Origin: an uncultured beta proteobacterium
GTDB lineage: Bacteria; Pseudomonadota; Gammaproteobacteria; Burkholderiales; SG8-39
DNA: 64,000 nucleotides
Direction of reading: 5' to 3'
Assembly (NCBI GenBank): GCA_963747775.1
Contig: CAVVGT010000002.1
Location: forward strand, 42,467-106,466
The notes below the pieces were generated by a model. That model had not been told where the DNA came from, made no database searches, and saw nothing but the letters and a program-made list of their open reading frames with translations. Shown here piece by piece: positions 26,562 through 36,849 of this stretch. The position numbers and the translations under genes were made by a program. Position 1 is the first letter of the stretch. Each line of letters begins with the position of its first letter.

Positions 26562-27074
26562 ATGCTCGGCCTCACGCCGCTCGGCACGATCCACACCGCG
26601 ATCAGCCTGATCGCGCTCGCTGCGGGCTTCATCGCGCTCGCACGCGACAAGGAGATCTCGACCTGCGGGCCCGCGGGAGTCGTCTTCGTCGCCGGGACCT
26701 TCGCCTCGGCGCTCACCGGGCTCGGTATCTTCCAGCACGGCGGCTTCGGCGTTCCGCACGTGTTGGCGATCGTCACGATCCTGGTGCTGGGCGTCGCCCT
26801 CTTGGCCGAGAGAAAGCGCGTCCTCGGCCGGGCATCCGTATACGTCGCGATGCTCGGCTACTCGCTCGTGTTCTTTTTCCACTTCATTCCGGGCACAGTG
26901 GAGACGCTGACGCGGCTGCCTGCGGGCATGCCGTACCTGTCGCACCCGGAGGACCCGAAGGCGCAGCCGATCATCGGCGCCTTCTTCCTTCTCTTCCTCG
27001 TGGGGGCGACGCTGCAGGTGCTGCGCCGGCGCGCGATCTCACGCGCGCACGCGGCTGTGCCGGCTGATGCGTAG
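26562..27074 (+). CDS. membrane protein (about 4-5 TM), unknown function
   Basis: Internal ATG at 26562 of ORF 26232..27074, with a ggagaaggag RBS upstream. Hydrophobic helices are present (TAISLIALAAGFIALA, VVFVAGTFASALTGLGIF, VLAIVTILVLGVALLA, VAMLGYSLVFFFHFIP, IIGAFFLLFLVGATL). Confidence 0.65.
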   Translation: MLGLTPLGTIHTAISLIALAAGFIALARDKEISTCGPAGVVFVAGTFASALTGLGIFQHGGFGVPHVLAIVTILVLGVALLAERKRVLGRASVYVAMLGYSLVFFFHFIPGTVETLTRLPAGMPYLSHPEDPKAQPIIGAFFLLFLVGATLQVLRRRAISRAHAAVPADA

Positions 27075-27471
27075 TCCCGCGCTCAAGCGTTTGCCGGGAC
27101 ACGTGCCGTCAGATACTGCCAATGCGTGGCGGAGGGGCGCGTGGACCTTGATCCCCTTCGCGCGGTCGGGATTTCGCGCCGTTCCGGTGGCACGACCTGT
27201 CGATTCCGGGCTCTGCCCGACGACTAGAGGTGTCCCGGCGACCCTGGAGCCCGAGAGAATGCGACCCTCGCTCAAGCCGGCCACCGCGAATCGGCCGCGC
27301 CGATCCGATCCGCGGCGCGCCCGATTGTTCACCGGCGCGAACGGCTCAATTAATGAAGTCTTAGTCTTTCCTGGCGGATCAATCGGCTAAAGTGAGCCGG
27401 TTCGCGAATCCGTCAGTCATCTGCATACGCCGGCCGTCGAGAATCACCGGCAATCCGAAGGGACACCGTCG

Positions 27472-28662
27472 ATGAACGCATCCGCCTTCGATCCCGCGCT
27501 GCGCGCCGCCGCGCTGGCCCTCGCCGCGGCCCTCGCGCTCGCCGCGTGCGGCGACGGCCGCGGCGATGCAAAAGCCCAGGCCGGCCCGCCGCCCGCGCCG
27601 CCGGTGAGCGTCGCCGCCGCCATCGAGAAGGAGGTGATCGAGTCCGACGAGTTCCCGGGGCGGGTGGAGGCCGTAGAGCAGGTCGAGGTGCGCGCGCGCA
27701 TCAACGGCTACCTGCAGTCGGTGCACTTCAAGCCCGGCGTCGAGGTGAAGAAGGGCGACCTGCTGTTCACGATCGACCCGCGCCCGTTCGAGGCGCAGAT
27801 CGCCGCCGCGGAGAGCCAGGTGGCGGGCACCCGCTCGCAGCTCGAGCTCGCGCGCACCGAGCTCGCGCGGAACGAGCAGATGTGGGCCGACCGCGCCACG
27901 TCGAAGCGCGAGTTCGACGACGCGGCCACGAAGGTGCGCACGCTCGAATCGCAGCTCAAGGCGAACGAGGCGGCGCTCGTCACAGCGCGCCTCAACCTCT
28001 CGTACACGCGCATCACTTCGCCGATCGCGGGCCGCGTCGGCAAGGCCGAGATCACCATCGGCAACCTGGTGCAGGGCGAGATGCCCCCGTCGCCGCTGCT
28101 GACCACCGTGGTGTCGATCAACCCGGTCTACGTCGCGTTCCAGGCGGACGAGGGCGCGTACCTGAAATACATCGCCGGCGCGCGGTCCAGCGCACTGGTG
28201 GTGGCCGTCGGCCTCGCCGACGAGGACGGTTTCCCGCACGCGGGCAAGCTCGAATTCGTCGACAACCGCGTCGACCCGGCGAGCGGCACGGTGCGGATGC
28301 GCGCGACGGTGGACAACAAGAGCGGGCGATTCACGCCCGGGCTGTTCGCACGCGTGAAGCTCGGCGACACCGCGAAGCCGCGCAAGGCGGTGCTCGTCAC
28401 CGACCGTGCCATCGGCACCGACCAGAGCAAGCGCTACGTGCTGGTGGTCGACGCGGAGAACAAGGCGGTCTACCGCGAGGTGCGGATCGGCCGGCTGGCC
28501 GACGGCCTGCGCGTGATCGAGTCGGGCCTGAAGCCGGGCGAGGTGATCGTCGTGAACGGGCTCCAGCGCGTGCGCCCGGGCGCGCCGGTGACGCCGCAGA
28601 CCGTGCCGATGGAAGCGGAGGCGCCGAACGGCCGCAACGGCGCGGCCAGCAAGCGGACGTGA
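27472..28662 (+). CDS. RND efflux periplasmic adaptor (membrane fusion protein), lipoprotein
   Basis: ORF 27472..28662. It has a lipobox (LALAACG), a typical MFP hairpin and barrel (VRARINGYL..., LFTIDPRPFEA, YTRITSPIAGRVG). Confidence 0.9.
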   Translation: MNASAFDPALRAAALALAAALALAACGDGRGDAKAQAGPPPAPPVSVAAAIEKEVIESDEFPGRVEAVEQVEVRARINGYLQSVHFKPGVEVKKGDLLFTIDPRPFEAQIAAAESQVAGTRSQLELARTELARNEQMWADRATSKREFDDAATKVRTLESQLKANEAALVTARLNLSYTRITSPIAGRVGKAEITIGNLVQGEMPPSPLLTTVVSINPVYVAFQADEGAYLKYIAGARSSALVVAVGLADEDGFPHAGKLEFVDNRVDPASGTVRMRATVDNKSGRFTPGLFARVKLGDTAKPRKAVLVTDRAIGTDQSKRYVLVVDAENKAVYREVRIGRLADGLRVIESGLKPGEVIVVNGLQRVRPGAPVTPQTVPMEAEAPNGRNGAASKRT

Positions 28663-28666
28663 CGCC

Positions 28667-31600
28667 ATGAACCTCTCGCAATTCTTCATCGACCGCCCGA
28701 TCTTCGCGGGCGTGCTGTCGATGATCGTGTTCCTCGCCGGCCTGATCTCGATCTGGGTGCTGCCGGTCTCGGAGTACCCGAACGTCGTCCCGCCGTCGGT
28801 CGTCGTGCGCGCCGTGTACCCGGGCGCGAACCCCAAGGTCATCGCCGAGACCGTCGCCGCGCCGCTCGAGGAGCAGATCAACGGCGTCGAGAACCTCCTC
28901 TACATGGAGTCGCAGGCCACCACCGACGGCGTGCTGCAGCTCACCGTGACTTTCAAGATCGGCACCGACGTGGACCTCGCCGAGACCCAGGTGCAGAACC
29001 GGGTGCAGCGCGCGCTGCCGCGCCTGCCCGAGGAGGTGCGCCAGATCGGCGTGGTGACGCAGAAGAGCTCGCCCGACTTCGCGATGGTCGTGCACATCCT
29101 GTCGCCCGACGAGCGCTACGACGAGCTGTATCTGCGCAACTTCGCCGTCCTCAACGTGAAGGACAACCTGCAGCGCATCCCGGGCATGGGGCAGGTGCTG
29201 GTGTTCGGCGCGGGCGACTACGCGATGCGGGTCTGGATCGACCCGCAGAAGCTCGCCAGCCGCAACCTCACCGCCGGCGACGTGGTCAAGGCGCTGCGCG
29301 AGCAGAACAAGCAGGTGGCGGCCGGCGTCGTCGGCGCGCCGCCGGCGACGCGGCACACCGAATTCCAGCTCTCGGTCAACGCGCAGGGGCGCCTCGCGAC
29401 CGAGGAGGAGTTCGCGAACGTCATCGTCGCGACCTCGCCCGACGGCGGCGTGCTGCGCCTCAAGGACGTCGCGCGCGTCGAGTTGGGCGCCGGGGAGTAC
29501 GCGCTGCGCTCGCTCCTCAACAACAAGCCGGCGGTCGCGATCGGTATCTTCCAGGCGCCGGGGTCGAACGCTATCGCCCTGTCGAACCAGGTAAGGCGCG
29601 CGATGGCGGAGATGAAAAAGGACTTCCCCGCCGGGGTCGACTACGACATCGTCTACGACCCGACCCGCTTCGTGCTGCAGTCGATCGAGGCGGTGATCGA
29701 GACCCTGCTCGAGGCGATCCTGTTGGTGGTGCTGGTGGTGATCGTCTTCCTGCAGACCTGGCGCGCCTCGATCATCCCGCTGGTGGCGGTGCCGGTGTCG
29801 ATCGTCGGCACCTTCGCGTTCATGCTCCTGTTCGGCTTCTCGATCAACACGCTGACGCTGTTCGGGCTGGTGCTCGCGATCGGCATCGTGGTCGACGACG
29901 CGATCGTGGTGGTGGAGAACGTCGAGCGCAACCTCGAGCTCGGGTACGACTCGAAGGAGGCGACCTACCGCGCGATGCGCGAGGTCAGCGGACCGATCGT
30001 CGCCATCGCGCTCACGCTGTGCGCGGTCTTCATCCCGATCGCGTTCGTGAGCGGCCTGACCGGACAGTTCTACCGCCAGTTCTCCCTGACCATCGCCATC
30101 TCGACCGTGATCTCGGCGTTCAACTCGCTCACGCTGTCGCCGGCGCTCGCGGCGCTGCTGCTGCGCTCGCACGATGCGCCGAAGGACCGGCTCACGCTCT
30201 GGATGGACCGAGCGTTCGGGTGGTTCTTCACGCGGTTCAACCGGTTCTTCAACCGCTCGGCGACGAAGTACCAGAGCACGGTCGCGCGCGTGCTGAACCG
30301 CAAGGCGCTCGCGTTCGGGGTGTACCTGGTGCTGCTCGGCGTGACCTACGTCGGCTTCAAGGCCGTGCCGCACGGCTTCGTTCCCGGGCAGGACAAGCAG
30401 TACCTCGTCGGCTTCGCCCAGCTGCCCGACGGCGCCTCGCTCGACCGCACCGAGGAGGTGCTCCGGCGCATGTCCGACATCGCCATGAAGACGCCCGGGA
30501 TCAAGGATGCGGTCGCGTTCCCCGGCCTGTCGATCGCCGGCTTCACCAACGCGCCCAACGCCGGCATCGTGTTCTTCGGCCTGGACGCGTTCGAGAAGCG
30601 GCGCTCGCCGCAGCTCTCCGGCGGCGCGATCGCCGGGGCGGTCAACCAACAGCTCGCCGGGATCCAGGATGCATTCATCGCCGTGTTTCCGCCGCCGCCG
30701 GTGAACGGGCTCGGCACCATCGGCGGCTTCAAGCTGCAGGTCGAGGACCGCGCCGGCCTGGGCGACCAGGCGCTCTACGACGCGATGAAGGCGGTGCAGA
30801 TGCGCACGTTCCAGACGCCTGAGCTCGCGCCCGCCTTCTCGAGCTTCCAGATCAACGTGCCGCAGCTCTTCGCCGACGTCGACCGGGCGAAGGCGAAGCG
30901 CATGGGCGTCGCGCTCACGGACGTGTTCGACACCATGCAGATCAACCTGGGGTCGCTGTACGTGAACGACTTCAACCGCTTCGGGCGCACCTACCGGGTG
31001 GTGGTCCAGGCCGACGCGCCCTACCGGTCGCGCGCCGAGGACATCGCACAGCTCAAGACGCGCAATGCGAAGGGCGAGCTGGTACCGCTCGGCTCGCTCC
31101 TGCGCGTCGAGCAGAGCTTCGGGCCCGACCGCGCCATCCGCTACAACGCGTTCCCCTCGGCGGACCTGAACGGCGGGGCGGCGCCGGGCTTCAGCTCGGG
31201 CCAGGCGCAGGCGGCGATCGAGCGCATCGCGAAAGAGACCCTGCCGCGCGGGATCACGTTCGAGTGGACCGACCTCACCTACCAGGAGATCCTAGCCGGT
31301 AACACCGCGGTGCTGGTCTTCCCGCTGTGCGTGCTGCTCGTGTTCCTCGTGCTGGCGGCGCAGTACGAGAGCCTGAAGCTGCCGCTCGCAATCATCCTGA
31401 TCGTGCCCATGTGCCTGCTGTTCGCGATCGCCGGCGTCTACTTCACCGGCGGGGACAACAACATCTTCACGCAGATCGCGCTGTTCGTGCTGATGGGGCT
31501 CGCGTGCAAGAACGCGATCCTGATCGTGGAGTTCGCGCGCGAGCTGGAGATGAAGGAGCCGGCGCACGACCCGGTGCGCGCCGCGCTCGAGGCCTGCCGC

Positions 31601-31831
31601 ATGCGGCTCCGCCCGATCCTGATGACCTCGTTCGCGTTCATCATGGGCGTGCTGCCGCTCGTCTTCTCGACCGGCGCGGGATCCGAGATGCGCCACGCGA
31701 TCGGGATCGCGGTGTTTTCAGGGATGCTCGGCGTGACGTTCTTCGGCCTCTTCCTGACGCCGGTGTTCTACGTCCTGCTGCACCGCAGGTTCGGCAAGCG
31801 GGTGGTGAAGCCCGCGCCGGCGGCGGCCTGA
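28667..31831 (+). CDS. RND efflux permease (AcrB/MexB-type, HAE1)
   Basis: ORF 28667..31831, 1054 aa. It starts MNLSQFFIDRPIFAGVLSMIVFLAG and has the 12-TM, two-large-loop layout typical of the family. Confidence 0.95.
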   Translation: MNLSQFFIDRPIFAGVLSMIVFLAGLISIWVLPVSEYPNVVPPSVVVRAVYPGANPKVIAETVAAPLEEQINGVENLLYMESQATTDGVLQLTVTFKIGTDVDLAETQVQNRVQRALPRLPEEVRQIGVVTQKSSPDFAMVVHILSPDERYDELYLRNFAVLNVKDNLQRIPGMGQVLVFGAGDYAMRVWIDPQKLASRNLTAGDVVKALREQNKQVAAGVVGAPPATRHTEFQLSVNAQGRLATEEEFANVIVATSPDGGVLRLKDVARVELGAGEYALRSLLNNKPAVAIGIFQAPGSNAIALSNQVRRAMAEMKKDFPAGVDYDIVYDPTRFVLQSIEAVIETLLEAILLVVLVVIVFLQTWRASIIPLVAVPVSIVGTFAFMLLFGFSINTLTLFGLVLAIGIVVDDAIVVVENVERNLELGYDSKEATYRAMREVSGPIVAIALTLCAVFIPIAFVSGLTGQFYRQFSLTIAISTVISAFNSLTLSPALAALLLRSHDAPKDRLTLWMDRAFGWFFTRFNRFFNRSATKYQSTVARVLNRKALAFGVYLVLLGVTYVGFKAVPHGFVPGQDKQYLVGFAQLPDGASLDRTEEVLRRMSDIAMKTPGIKDAVAFPGLSIAGFTNAPNAGIVFFGLDAFEKRRSPQLSGGAIAGAVNQQLAGIQDAFIAVFPPPPVNGLGTIGGFKLQVEDRAGLGDQALYDAMKAVQMRTFQTPELAPAFSSFQINVPQLFADVDRAKAKRMGVALTDVFDTMQINLGSLYVNDFNRFGRTYRVVVQADAPYRSRAEDIAQLKTRNAKGELVPLGSLLRVEQSFGPDRAIRYNAFPSADLNGGAAPGFSSGQAQAAIERIAKETLPRGITFEWTDLTYQEILAGNTAVLVFPLCVLLVFLVLAAQYESLKLPLAIILIVPMCLLFAIAGVYFTGGDNNIFTQIALFVLMGLACKNAILIVEFARELEMKEPAHDPVRAALEACRMRLRPILMTSFAFIMGVLPLVFSTGAGSEMRHAIGIAVFSGMLGVTFFGLFLTPVFYVLLHRRFGKRVVKPAPAAA

Positions 31832-31841
31832 GGAAACGGTG

Positions 31842-33290
31842 ATGAAGCGATTCCTCATTCTCACGCTCGGTCTGCTGGCCGGCTGCTCGCTCGCGCCGAA
31901 GCTCGAGCAGCCCGAGGTCGACGTGCCCGCGCGCTACAAGGCGCTCGGCCCCGACGAGCCGCGCGGCGAATGGAAACCCGCGCAGCCCGCCGACGCCGTG
32001 CCGCGCGGCGCGTGGTGGAAAGCATTCAACGACCCGACGCTCGACGAGCTCGAATCCCAGGCGATCGCCGCGAACCAGACGCTGAAGATCGCCGCGGCGC
32101 GGCTCGCGCAGTCGCGCGCGGTCGTCGGCGTCGTGAACGCCGAACGCTTCCCGAGGGTGGACGCCGGGTTCGGGCCCTCGCGGATCAAGCAGACCGGCGT
32201 TTCGCTCGGGTTGCCGCAGGGCACCGACATCCCGGCCTATACCGTCTGGCGCGGGCAGCTCACCGCGAGCTGGGAGGCGGACCTGTTCGGACGCATCTCC
32301 GACAACGTCGCCGCCGCACGCAGCGACGCGGACGCCGCCGCCGCGCTGTACGGCGCGACGATGCTCGCGGTGCAGGCGGACGTCGCGCAGGCGTACTTCG
32401 GGCTGCGCCAGGCCGACGACGAGCTGCGCGTGCTGCGCGAGACGGTCACTTCGCGCGCGGAGACCCTGCGGCTCGTGCAACGGCGGTTCGACGCCGGCGA
32501 CATCAGCGAGCTCGACCTCGCGCAGGCGAAGACCGAGCTCGGTCTCGCGCAGACCCAGGTGTACGGGCTCGAGCGCCAGCGTGCGCAGCTCGAGAACGGG
32601 CTCGCCGTGCTGCTCGGCAAGGCGCCCGCGTCGTTCAGCGTGGCGAGCGCGCCGCTGCCGGCCTCGCTGCCGTCGGTTCCGCCCGGGCTGCCGTCCACGC
32701 TCCTCGAGCGCCGTCCCGACGTCGCCGCCGCGAGCCGCACGATGGCCGCGTCGAACGCGCGCATCGGCGTCGCGAAGGCCGCGTTCTACCCGGTGCTCCG
32801 GATCACGGGCCTGGCCGGCTACGAGTCGAACGACCTCTCCGAGCTCTTCCAGTGGTCGAGCCGCACCTGGGCGCTCGGTCCGCTGTTCGGCACGATCCTC
32901 TCCATGCCGATCTTCGACGGGGGGCGCAACCAGGCGAACCTCGACCGCTCGTACGCGGTGCTCGAGGAGTCGGTCGGCGCCTACCGGCAGACCGTGCTCG
33001 GCGCGTTCGCGGAGGTCGAGGACAACCTCGTCGCGCTGCGCACGCTGGCGGGCCAGGCCGAGGCGACCCGCGACTCCGTCCAGTCCGCGACCCGCGCGCT
33101 GCAGATCTCCGAAACGCGTTATCGCGCCGGGGCCACGAGCTATCTCCAGGTCGTCGACTCGCAGCGCACGCTGCTCGTCGTCCAGCGACTCGACGTGCAG
33201 ATCCGCGGCGCGCGCGCCGCGTCCACCGTCGCGCTCATCCGCGCGCTGGGCGGCGGGTGGGATCCGGCTGCGGACGTGTCGGGCAACTAG
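31842..33290 (+). CDS. RND outer-membrane factor lipoprotein (NodT/OprM family)
   Basis: ORF 31839..33290, with the ATG at 31842. It has a lipobox (LLAGCSL), AWWKAFNDPTLDEL and C-terminal ALIRALGGGW. Confidence 0.9.
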   Translation: MKRFLILTLGLLAGCSLAPKLEQPEVDVPARYKALGPDEPRGEWKPAQPADAVPRGAWWKAFNDPTLDELESQAIAANQTLKIAAARLAQSRAVVGVVNAERFPRVDAGFGPSRIKQTGVSLGLPQGTDIPAYTVWRGQLTASWEADLFGRISDNVAAARSDADAAAALYGATMLAVQADVAQAYFGLRQADDELRVLRETVTSRAETLRLVQRRFDAGDISELDLAQAKTELGLAQTQVYGLERQRAQLENGLAVLLGKAPASFSVASAPLPASLPSVPPGLPSTLLERRPDVAAASRTMAASNARIGVAKAAFYPVLRITGLAGYESNDLSELFQWSSRTWALGPLFGTILSMPIFDGGRNQANLDRSYAVLEESVGAYRQTVLGAFAEVEDNLVALRTLAGQAEATRDSVQSATRALQISETRYRAGATSYLQVVDSQRTLLVVQRLDVQIRGARAASTVALIRALGGGWDPAADVSGN

Positions 33291-33307
33291 CCGGACAAGA
33301 CCGACCC

Positions 33308-33964
33308 ATGGCGCCGCTCAACGATCTCATCCAGCACTACGGGTACGCATTCGTGCTCGCCGCGGTGCTGGTCGAGCAGGTCGGCGTGCCGATCCCCGCG
33401 TTTGCCGTGCTGGTCGTCGCGGGCGCGCTGGCCGCGAACGGCACGATGTCGGCGCCGCTCGTCTTCGTGCTGGCGGTGCTCGGGGCGGTCGCGGGCGACC
33501 TGCTCTGGTTCCAACTCGGCCGACGCTTCGGCGCACGAGTGCTGCTGGCGCTGTGCGGCCTCGGGTCCTCGCCCGAGCGCTGCGCCGACGATCGCAACGC
33601 CCTGTTTGCGCGCTTCGGGCTCAGGTCGCTTCTGGTCACCCGTTTCTTGCCCGGGCTCGCGGCGCTCGGGCCGTCGCTCGCCGGGGTCGCCGGCTACCGG
33701 CGGCGGCACTTCGCGGCCTACGATGCGATGGGTGCCGTGCTGTGGGCGGGCACGGCCCTCGCGCTTGGCGTGGTCTTCCACCGCGAGATCGATCGCATGC
33801 TCGTCCTGATGCAGGCGGCCGGAGCCCAGGCGGCGGCCGTGCTCGGTGCGCTCGCGCTCGCCGTCCTGGCCGTGATCGTGTGGCGCACGCGCGACCGGCT
33901 CGGGCGGTTCGGCCGGACGCTGCTTGGCGCGCTGCGCGATCGGTCCTGTCGCTGCGGGTGCTAG
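33308..33964 (+). CDS. DedA-family membrane protein
   Basis: ATG at 33308 within composite ORF 31970..33964. It has VLVEQVGVPIPAFAVLVVAG...TRFLPGLAALGPSLAG. It is a paralogue of the N-terminal part of 20503..21435. Confidence 0.8.
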   Translation: MAPLNDLIQHYGYAFVLAAVLVEQVGVPIPAFAVLVVAGALAANGTMSAPLVFVLAVLGAVAGDLLWFQLGRRFGARVLLALCGLGSSPERCADDRNALFARFGLRSLLVTRFLPGLAALGPSLAGVAGYRRRHFAAYDAMGAVLWAGTALALGVVFHREIDRMLVLMQAAGAQAAAVLGALALAVLAVIVWRTRDRLGRFGRTLLGALRDRSCRCGC

Positions 33965-34044
33965 CAAGAGCGTCGCAGCGGCTCCTGCGCGCCTCGCGAG
34001 GTGACTCTCCACGCGACTGACGGGACATAAGTCCCGCTGAAGAA

Positions 34045-34623
34045 TCAGCGGCCTTTCCTCTCCTCCGGCGCAACGAACCCGATGGGCCTCTTCTTCGGCT
34101 CGGGCGACGTCATGAGCGCGCGCAGGGCATCGATCACTTCCCTGAACTGCGCGCGTGTGCTCGCGGCTAGTGTGTCCTGGCTTAGCGCGAGTGCTTCAGT
34201 CTTCCGCTCCAATTCTTCGAGCTTCCTCGCCAGCGCCTTGTGGGTGGCCAGCACCTCGCGCAGTTGGACGAACGCTCTCACGACGAAGTGACTCGCTTCG
34301 ATGGCGCGACGTGAACTCAACACGTTCGCTGCCATGAGTGCGCCGTGCTCGGTGAAAGCGAGCGGCAGGTACTTGCGATGTTGCCCGCGGCCTGCCTCTA
34401 AGGTCGCAAAATGCGACCTTAGAGCTTCCCACGCGTCGGCAGTGAGGCGAAACGCGAAGTCGGGTGGAAACCGCTCGGCGTTGCGTCCAATCTGCTCGTT
34501 CAAGCGTTTGGTCGGGACGCCGTACAAGCGGGCGAGATCGACATCCAACATCACCCTCTGCCCGCGGACGCACAGAATCCGCGACTCGATCGGTGCGTTG
34601 GCAAGGATGGTGGGCGCGCCCAT
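34045..34623 (-). CDS. ORF6N (KilA-N-like) DNA-binding domain protein
   Basis: Internal ATG at 34623 of ORF 34045..34983(-). It reads ILCVRGQRVMLDVDLARLYGVPTKRLNEQIGRNAERFPPDFAFRL...HRKYLPLAFTEHGALMAANVL, with a coiled-coil-like tail. Local GC is lower than the flanks. Confidence 0.75.
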   Translation of the reverse strand: MGAPTILANAPIESRILCVRGQRVMLDVDLARLYGVPTKRLNEQIGRNAERFPPDFAFRLTADAWEALRSHFATLEAGRGQHRKYLPLAFTEHGALMAANVLSSRRAIEASHFVVRAFVQLREVLATHKALARKLEELERKTEALALSQDTLAASTRAQFREVIDALRALMTSPEPKKRPIGFVAPEERKGR

Positions 34624-34825
34624 CAGGCGAAGGCTGGGACTGTCTCGATCATCGGCTCGGCAGCGGTGCCGAGGGTGCGAACCGAATTGGCGTGCATGGA
34701 GAGCAGTAGGGGCGCGCACGGTAGCTCGTCCCCCTTTATAGCTTGTGCAGGGGCTCATCCGGTGAGCCCGTATGGTTTCCGAGCGGAGACTCCGAACGGG
34801 CGAGACGCGCGTCCCCCGTTTGCCG

Positions 34826-36010
34826 TTATCCCACCGGCACCGGCTGCTTCGCCACCCGCTCGCCCGGGAAGGCCAGCGCTGAAACGAGGATGAGCGCCGC
34901 CAGCGCCGCCAGGATCGCGAAGAGCGGCTGGAAGTCGCCGTACGTGCGGTGCACCCAGGCGATGAGCGGCACCGAGGCCGCACTCGCGGCGAACGACACC
35001 ACGTAGCGCACCGCGTAGGCGCGGGCGCGCCACTCCTCGGCGGTGTACTTCGCGACCATCGTGTCGTTGATCGGAATCTGCCCGAACACGAAGAACATCA
35101 TCGCCACCGCGACCACGAGCATCGCGTAGCCCGAGAGCGAGCCGGCGGCGAACAGCAGCGGGATCTGCAGCGCGGCGACGGCGACGAACACCCCCTTCAC
35201 CGAGCGCCGGTCGATCCAGTTCCCGACGATGAGCTGCGCCATCGCCGCGATCAGGTAAGTGATGCACACCAGCACGCCGATGCCGAAGTTGGTGCTGGTG
35301 AGCGCCGCGAGCCGTTCGTCGAAGACCTTGGGCATCGACACGGTGGTGGCGTTGAAGATGATGCCGCCGCACGCGGTCGCGACCGCGACGATCAGGAACA
35401 CTCGCGCGAGGAGGGCGCGCGGCACGCGCGTCTCGGCTTTCTTCGCGGTGCCCCGGGCGACCTCGACACCGCGGCTCACTACTACGAAGCCGATCCCGAT
35501 CCCGATGCAGAGAAGCCCCGGAAGGACGAACGCGGCTCGCCAGCCGGCCAGGTCGGCGAGCGCGCCCGAGAACAGCGCCGCGAACGCGAGCCCGGTGTTG
35601 CCGAACACCCCGTTCACGCCGAGCGTGCGGCCGAGATCGCTGCGATTGGCAACCAGCATCGCGATGCCGACCGGGTGGTAGATGGCGGCGAACATGCCGA
35701 TCGTCGCGAGGCCGGCGGCGAGCTCGGCGGGCGTGCGCGCGAATCCGGTCAGGAGCGTCGCCAGGCCGATCCCGAAGAAGAACACCCGCATCATCCCGGT
35801 GCGGCTCCAGTGGTCGGCGAGCCAGCCGGCCGGGATCGAGAACGCGCCGAACGCGATGAACCCGCCGAGGGCGAGCGGCAGGAGCTCGCCGTAGGACATC
35901 TGCCAGGCTTCCCCGATGGCGAGCACCGCCGTCGGGAAGATCAGCATGACCAGGTGATCGAGCGTATGCCCGATATTGAGAAACAGGTCGAGGCGGGACC
36001 GGTTGTTCAT
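34826..36010 (-). CDS. MFS transporter
   Basis: ORF 34826..36010(-), 394 aa, about 12 TM. It has an MFS loop motif (GWLADHWSRTGMM). Confidence 0.85.
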   Translation of the reverse strand: MNNRSRLDLFLNIGHTLDHLVMLIFPTAVLAIGEAWQMSYGELLPLALGGFIAFGAFSIPAGWLADHWSRTGMMRVFFFGIGLATLLTGFARTPAELAAGLATIGMFAAIYHPVGIAMLVANRSDLGRTLGVNGVFGNTGLAFAALFSGALADLAGWRAAFVLPGLLCIGIGIGFVVVSRGVEVARGTAKKAETRVPRALLARVFLIVAVATACGGIIFNATTVSMPKVFDERLAALTSTNFGIGVLVCITYLIAAMAQLIVGNWIDRRSVKGVFVAVAALQIPLLFAAGSLSGYAMLVVAVAMMFFVFGQIPINDTMVAKYTAEEWRARAYAVRYVVSFAASAASVPLIAWVHRTYGDFQPLFAILAALAALILVSALAFPGERVAKQPVPVG

Positions 36011-36813
36011 CGCGGCATGCTACCCTCGCGGCGCGCGCGGCGCAGCCATGCCGCCCGACGCGCCCGCATCACGACGCCCGTCGCCGCGAGCGCTGCCACG
36101 ACCGCGAGCGGGTACGCAACCGCGGCGCCGAGCGTCTCGAGCGACGCGGCGACGACGAAGTGGAACACCGCAAACGCGAACAGCCCCGAGACGAATCCCG
36201 CGACGAGGCGAGCGGTCGCGTCGGCGCCGTACAGCGCGCGCGTGAACGCCGGGAGGACCGAGCCGGTGATCGGGAACGCGATCAGGACGCCGGAGCGCTG
36301 CGGTCCGAGGGCGGCGGCGCCGAGCATCACCGCGGCGGCGAGCGCGGCCGCGGCGACGATGCGCACCGCCAGCTCGATGCCGGGAATGTGCACCGGACCG
36401 CTCGCCGGCGGCACTCGCGGCAGCGTGCCGAGGAGGAGCACGAGCGCCGCCAGCGTGAGCGCGAATCCGCCGAGCGGCGGGAGCGGCACCGCGCCCAGCA
36501 CCGGCGCCGCGATCACGAACGCCGCCCAGCCGACGAGCAGCGACGCCAGCCAGTTGAATCGCCGCGCCGCCCAGGCGTACGTCCAGCAGTGCAGCGCCGC
36601 CGCGCCGGTGACCTGCAGCGTGGCGGCGGCGGACGCCGCGGCGAACGCGGGACCGGGGTCGTGCGCGAGGAAGACGCTGATCGGCCCGGCGATGAGCGGG
36701 AGCCCGCTGATCCACCCGGAGACCGAATGACCCCAGCGCCGGCCCGCGACGCTCGCGAGCCAGACGACAACGGGGACGAGCGAGATTTTGAGGAGGACAG
36801 CCATCGCGGGCAC
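36007..36813 (-). CDS. membrane protein, unknown function
   Basis: ORF 36007..36813(-) overlaps the MFS start by 4 nt. It is hydrophobic throughout. The start could be 36813 or 36804. Confidence 0.6.
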   Translation of the reverse strand: MPAMAVLLKISLVPVVVWLASVAGRRWGHSVSGWISGLPLIAGPISVFLAHDPGPAFAAASAAATLQVTGAAALHCWTYAWAARRFNWLASLLVGWAAFVIAAPVLGAVPLPPLGGFALTLAALVLLLGTLPRVPPASGPVHIPGIELAVRIVAAAALAAAVMLGAAALGPQRSGVLIAFPITGSVLPAFTRALYGADATARLVAGFVSGLFAFAVFHFVVAASLETLGAAVAYPLAVVAALAATGVVMRARRAAWLRRARREGSMPR

Positions 36814-36849
36814 GCCGGCGGGCGGCGTGCTCGCGACGGCGGGCGGAGC

